48,161 nt of DNA from Candidatus Iainarchaeum sp. (GTDB lineage: Archaea > Iainarchaeota > Iainarchaeia > Iainarchaeales > Iainarchaeaceae): the NCBI GenBank assembly GCA_043812975.1, contig JBDRLP010000041.1:1-48161 (forward strand). The letters run 5' to 3'. Each line of letters begins with the position of its first letter. Within the stretch, counting starts at the first letter, position 1. Positions 45,585-48,161 of this stretch are shown piece by piece. Position numbers and translations under genes: made by a program. The notes under the pieces were generated by a model. It saw nothing but the letters and a program-made list of their open reading frames with translations, did no database searches and had not been told where the DNA came from.

Positions 45585-46751
45585 ATGTCTGGTTTGCTGG
45601 CTCCATATAATGGCGATATAGGTTTGGTTGATTTTGCCACAAAATATAAGGTTTATGAATTCTATGGGCAGACAAAAAATGATGTTTTGGGCGGGGGCAG
45701 GTCGTCCTTCAACTTCCCAAGTGTGCAGAAAGATTCCTTGAAAAAAGCGGTTCGGGAAATGCACGACAATGACCTCAAGTTCAATTACACTGTGAATTCC
45801 ATGAGTTTTGCCAACAAGGAATTCGACAGGGAAGTTCAAAAGAGGATTTTTTGTCACTTCAATTTTCTCAAAAACCTTGAAGTGGATTCCATAACAATAG
45901 CAAACCCGATGCTAATGCTTTTTGTAAAGGATAACTTTCCTGACTTTAAAATCTGTGCGTCGGTGGTTTTGGATATAACCAGCCTTGAGGAAGCAAGATT
46001 TTACAAGTCATTGGGGGTTGACAGAATAATTTTGAGCAAAAATTTGAACAAGAATTACAAAAGAATTAGGGAAATTTCGGAAAATTTGAATGTCGAAATC
46101 CAGCTAGTAGTTAATGACCCATGTCTGCATCAGTGTCCCATAAGAAACTACCACAATCTGACAACAAGCTTTTCCTCAATGGGTATTGTGAATTCCTCGG
46201 AGTATTTGAGTTTTTGCACTTTAATGTGCAGGAAAAGAATGCTTGAAAATCCCGAAGAAATTGCAAAAGCCTCATGGATAAGGCCCGAGGACATGCAAAT
46301 TTACAGAAACGCAGGAGTTAACAGTTTCAAGCTTGTCGACAGAAAAGAGTCAACTTACTGGATAAAAAGAGCTATAAAAGCATATTCAGGTGAAAGCTAT
46401 GACGGAAACCTTGCAGACCTTTGCAGTTATTTTTCTCCGGTAAAAGGAAACGGAGAAAAAGAGAATAACCATCTTATTTTAATGCAGGATTCGGATGCAA
46501 AGTTTTCATCTTTCGAACAAAACAAGAACAACCTGCGTTTCAAGCCCTTCATTGACAACAAGAAACTCGGCAAATACTCAAAGGCAATGATTTTCGCCGA
46601 GTGTGAGCAAAAGAGTTGCAGTGACTGCGGCCTGTGTAGAGAAGCGGCAGAAAACACAATCAGTATTGAAAGTACACAAAAAGAAAAAGTGCTGCACAAC
46701 ATCCTTCTTATTTCCAAAAATCTAGGGTCAACAGAATTTTGGGGGCATTGA
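45585..46751 (+). CDS. Peptidase U32-family Fe-S protein
   Basis: GGGRS, FNYTVN, ICASV, VNDPCLHQCP...H, CTLMC, WIRPED, FKLVDR, C-terminal CSDCGLC. Confidence 0.88.
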   Translation: MSGLLAPYNGDIGLVDFATKYKVYEFYGQTKNDVLGGGRSSFNFPSVQKDSLKKAVREMHDNDLKFNYTVNSMSFANKEFDREVQKRIFCHFNFLKNLEVDSITIANPMLMLFVKDNFPDFKICASVVLDITSLEEARFYKSLGVDRIILSKNLNKNYKRIREISENLNVEIQLVVNDPCLHQCPIRNYHNLTTSFSSMGIVNSSEYLSFCTLMCRKRMLENPEEIAKASWIRPEDMQIYRNAGVNSFKLVDRKESTYWIKRAIKAYSGESYDGNLADLCSYFSPVKGNGEKENNHLILMQDSDAKFSSFEQNKNNLRFKPFIDNKKLGKYSKAMIFAECEQKSCSDCGLCREAAENTISIESTQKEKVLHNILLISKNLGSTEFWGH

Positions 46752-48149
46752 ATGCCTTATACTTTTGTTTACGGGGAAAGAAGATCAATCATTAATCTTG
46801 AAGCAAATATCTTCACATACATCAATAATAAATCTATTATTGGAAACGAGTTAAACAACATAGCATGTTACTCAGAAAACAATTTTGTAGAAGTTTATTA
46901 TGATTCAAAGGAAACAGAAAAACAATCTAAAATATCTGAAAAACTTTTAAGTATAGTTTATTCAAAAAAACTTTTTAAAGATGCTGATAACGCTGCTGGT
47001 TCGCTCAATCACTTTTTGGAAAAAATAAATGGTCAAGATTTTTCGGAGGCAAAAAACGAGGAACTCTTAAAATTGTTTGAACGCTTCTTTTATCTTTTGT
47101 CTAATGTGTTTTCCTATTATCGGTTTTCCAGGCCAGAATTCACTGATTCTCTGAAAGAAAAAATATTAGCGGAGTTCGAGCCACTTGGTTTGGGTGAAAA
47201 AGAAATCGCTTGCCTTTTAACTCCCGTAATCGAAAATCAGATTTTGTTTGAAAAAAAATCTTTCAGAAAATTAATGGAAAAAGGAATGTCCGAAAAAAGT
47301 CTTGTTGTTCACACTAAAAAATTCCCCTGGCTTTTCCCTAATACCTACAAACAAGTCGCAGCAATAAATTACTTGAAAAACAGGTCGAAGAAATTTTCGG
47401 TTGATTCAAAAAAAGAAGTTAAAAATAGGTGTAGTATTGCAGGGAAACAAGAAGAGATTGTTTCCAAATATGGTTTGTCTGAAGAATGTGTTAATATTGT
47501 GGCCTTTCTCAGAGATGCGTCAATTTTACGGTTGGATTTGAAATGTGCTTGGTCGGGAAGCGAGTTTATGGCTCTTTCTTTGTTGGATGAAATAAGCAGA
47601 AGAATAAATCTTAGTACTGCGGACGTTATGTATTCTTACAGGGAAAAAGAAATAAGGGACTTTCTGGAACACGGAATAAAACTTCCCAAAGAAGATGTTT
47701 TAAGTAGAAAGAAAAAATATTTTTATCACTTGAAGGATGGTAGGACAATGTTTTATTCTGGAGGATACGCTCCAATTATGAAAGAGGAAGAATTAACCAT
47801 GATTCCGAATGATAATTTTGTGGTTGGCAGAATTGCTTGTCCTGGTTTGGTGAATGGGAAAGTAAAAATTGTAAGCAATGAAGGAATAGAAAACATTTCT
47901 AAAGAGCTTGATAATTTTGAAATCGGCAGTATTCTGGTTACCACAATGACGCATCCTAACATGGTTCTGCTTTTAGAAAGGGCTTCTGGAATAATAACTG
48001 ATGAGGGGGGCATAACTTCTCATGCAGCTATATTGGCATTGGAAATGAACAAACCCTGTTTGGTGGGGACAAAGTTTGCCACAAAGATATTTAAGGAGGG
48101 GGATTTAATTGAATTGGATGCAAATAAGGGGAAGGCATCAAAAATATGA
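46752..48149 (+). CDS. Protein with large helical N-region and C-terminal PEP-utilising phosphohistidine swivel domain
   Basis: GRIACPG.V.GKVKI, ILVTTMTHP, IITDEGGITSHAAI.A.E...PCLVG; no ATP-grasp domain recognised. Confidence 0.85.
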   Translation: MPYTFVYGERRSIINLEANIFTYINNKSIIGNELNNIACYSENNFVEVYYDSKETEKQSKISEKLLSIVYSKKLFKDADNAAGSLNHFLEKINGQDFSEAKNEELLKLFERFFYLLSNVFSYYRFSRPEFTDSLKEKILAEFEPLGLGEKEIACLLTPVIENQILFEKKSFRKLMEKGMSEKSLVVHTKKFPWLFPNTYKQVAAINYLKNRSKKFSVDSKKEVKNRCSIAGKQEEIVSKYGLSEECVNIVAFLRDASILRLDLKCAWSGSEFMALSLLDEISRRINLSTADVMYSYREKEIRDFLEHGIKLPKEDVLSRKKKYFYHLKDGRTMFYSGGYAPIMKEEELTMIPNDNFVVGRIACPGLVNGKVKIVSNEGIENISKELDNFEIGSILVTTMTHPNMVLLLERASGIITDEGGITSHAAILALEMNKPCLVGTKFATKIFKEGDLIELDANKGKASKI

Positions 48150-48161
48150 GTTAAAATTGCT

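Noticed and set aside
1..48161. CRISPR array, cas genes, transposases, rRNA
   Set aside because: No regularly spaced repeats or recognisable motifs were seen

Overview
AT-rich archaeal chromosomal segment. Gene content and the atypical tRNAs suggest a DPANN lineage such as Diapherotrites/Iainarchaeota, but that is inference only. Core content: the 3' part of acs; the conserved aIF-2beta-DUF424-aIF-1A-Rio1-KH-top6B-top6A cluster; a presenilin-type protease; yggS; MCM with a 525-aa LAGLIDADG intein; a bacterial-type MetRS; aIF-5A with an arginase-family gene; DUF2226-roadblock-like-MinD-Lsm; pyk; a TtuA/NcsA-type thiolase; tRNA-Ala(GGC) and tRNA-Val(GAC); and the L15e-Rpp30-Pop5-psmA-SBDS-exosome-L37ae-Rpo12-Pcc1-prefoldin-DHH superoperon. 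Many Lys/Arg-rich orphan ORFs are interspersed. The last 10 kb is accessory: hicBA, bacterial-type ribBA plus an EamA transporter, wHTH-V4R, MNT-HEPN, a Zn-phospholipase-C-like gene, and a U32 Fe-S protein paired with a PEP-utiliser-domain protein. Most notable observations: (1) MetRS carries a C-terminal B3/B4 editing-like domain, and its frame is broken by +1 inside the HIGH motif at CTT-CGG-C; (2) the V4R gene start is duplicated with only synonymous coding differences around a hairpin-rich insert; (3) the U32/PEP-utiliser operon sits behind a triple half-site operator; (4) there is a dispersed set of basic orphan proteins. All product calls come from motif recognition by eye, not database searches.
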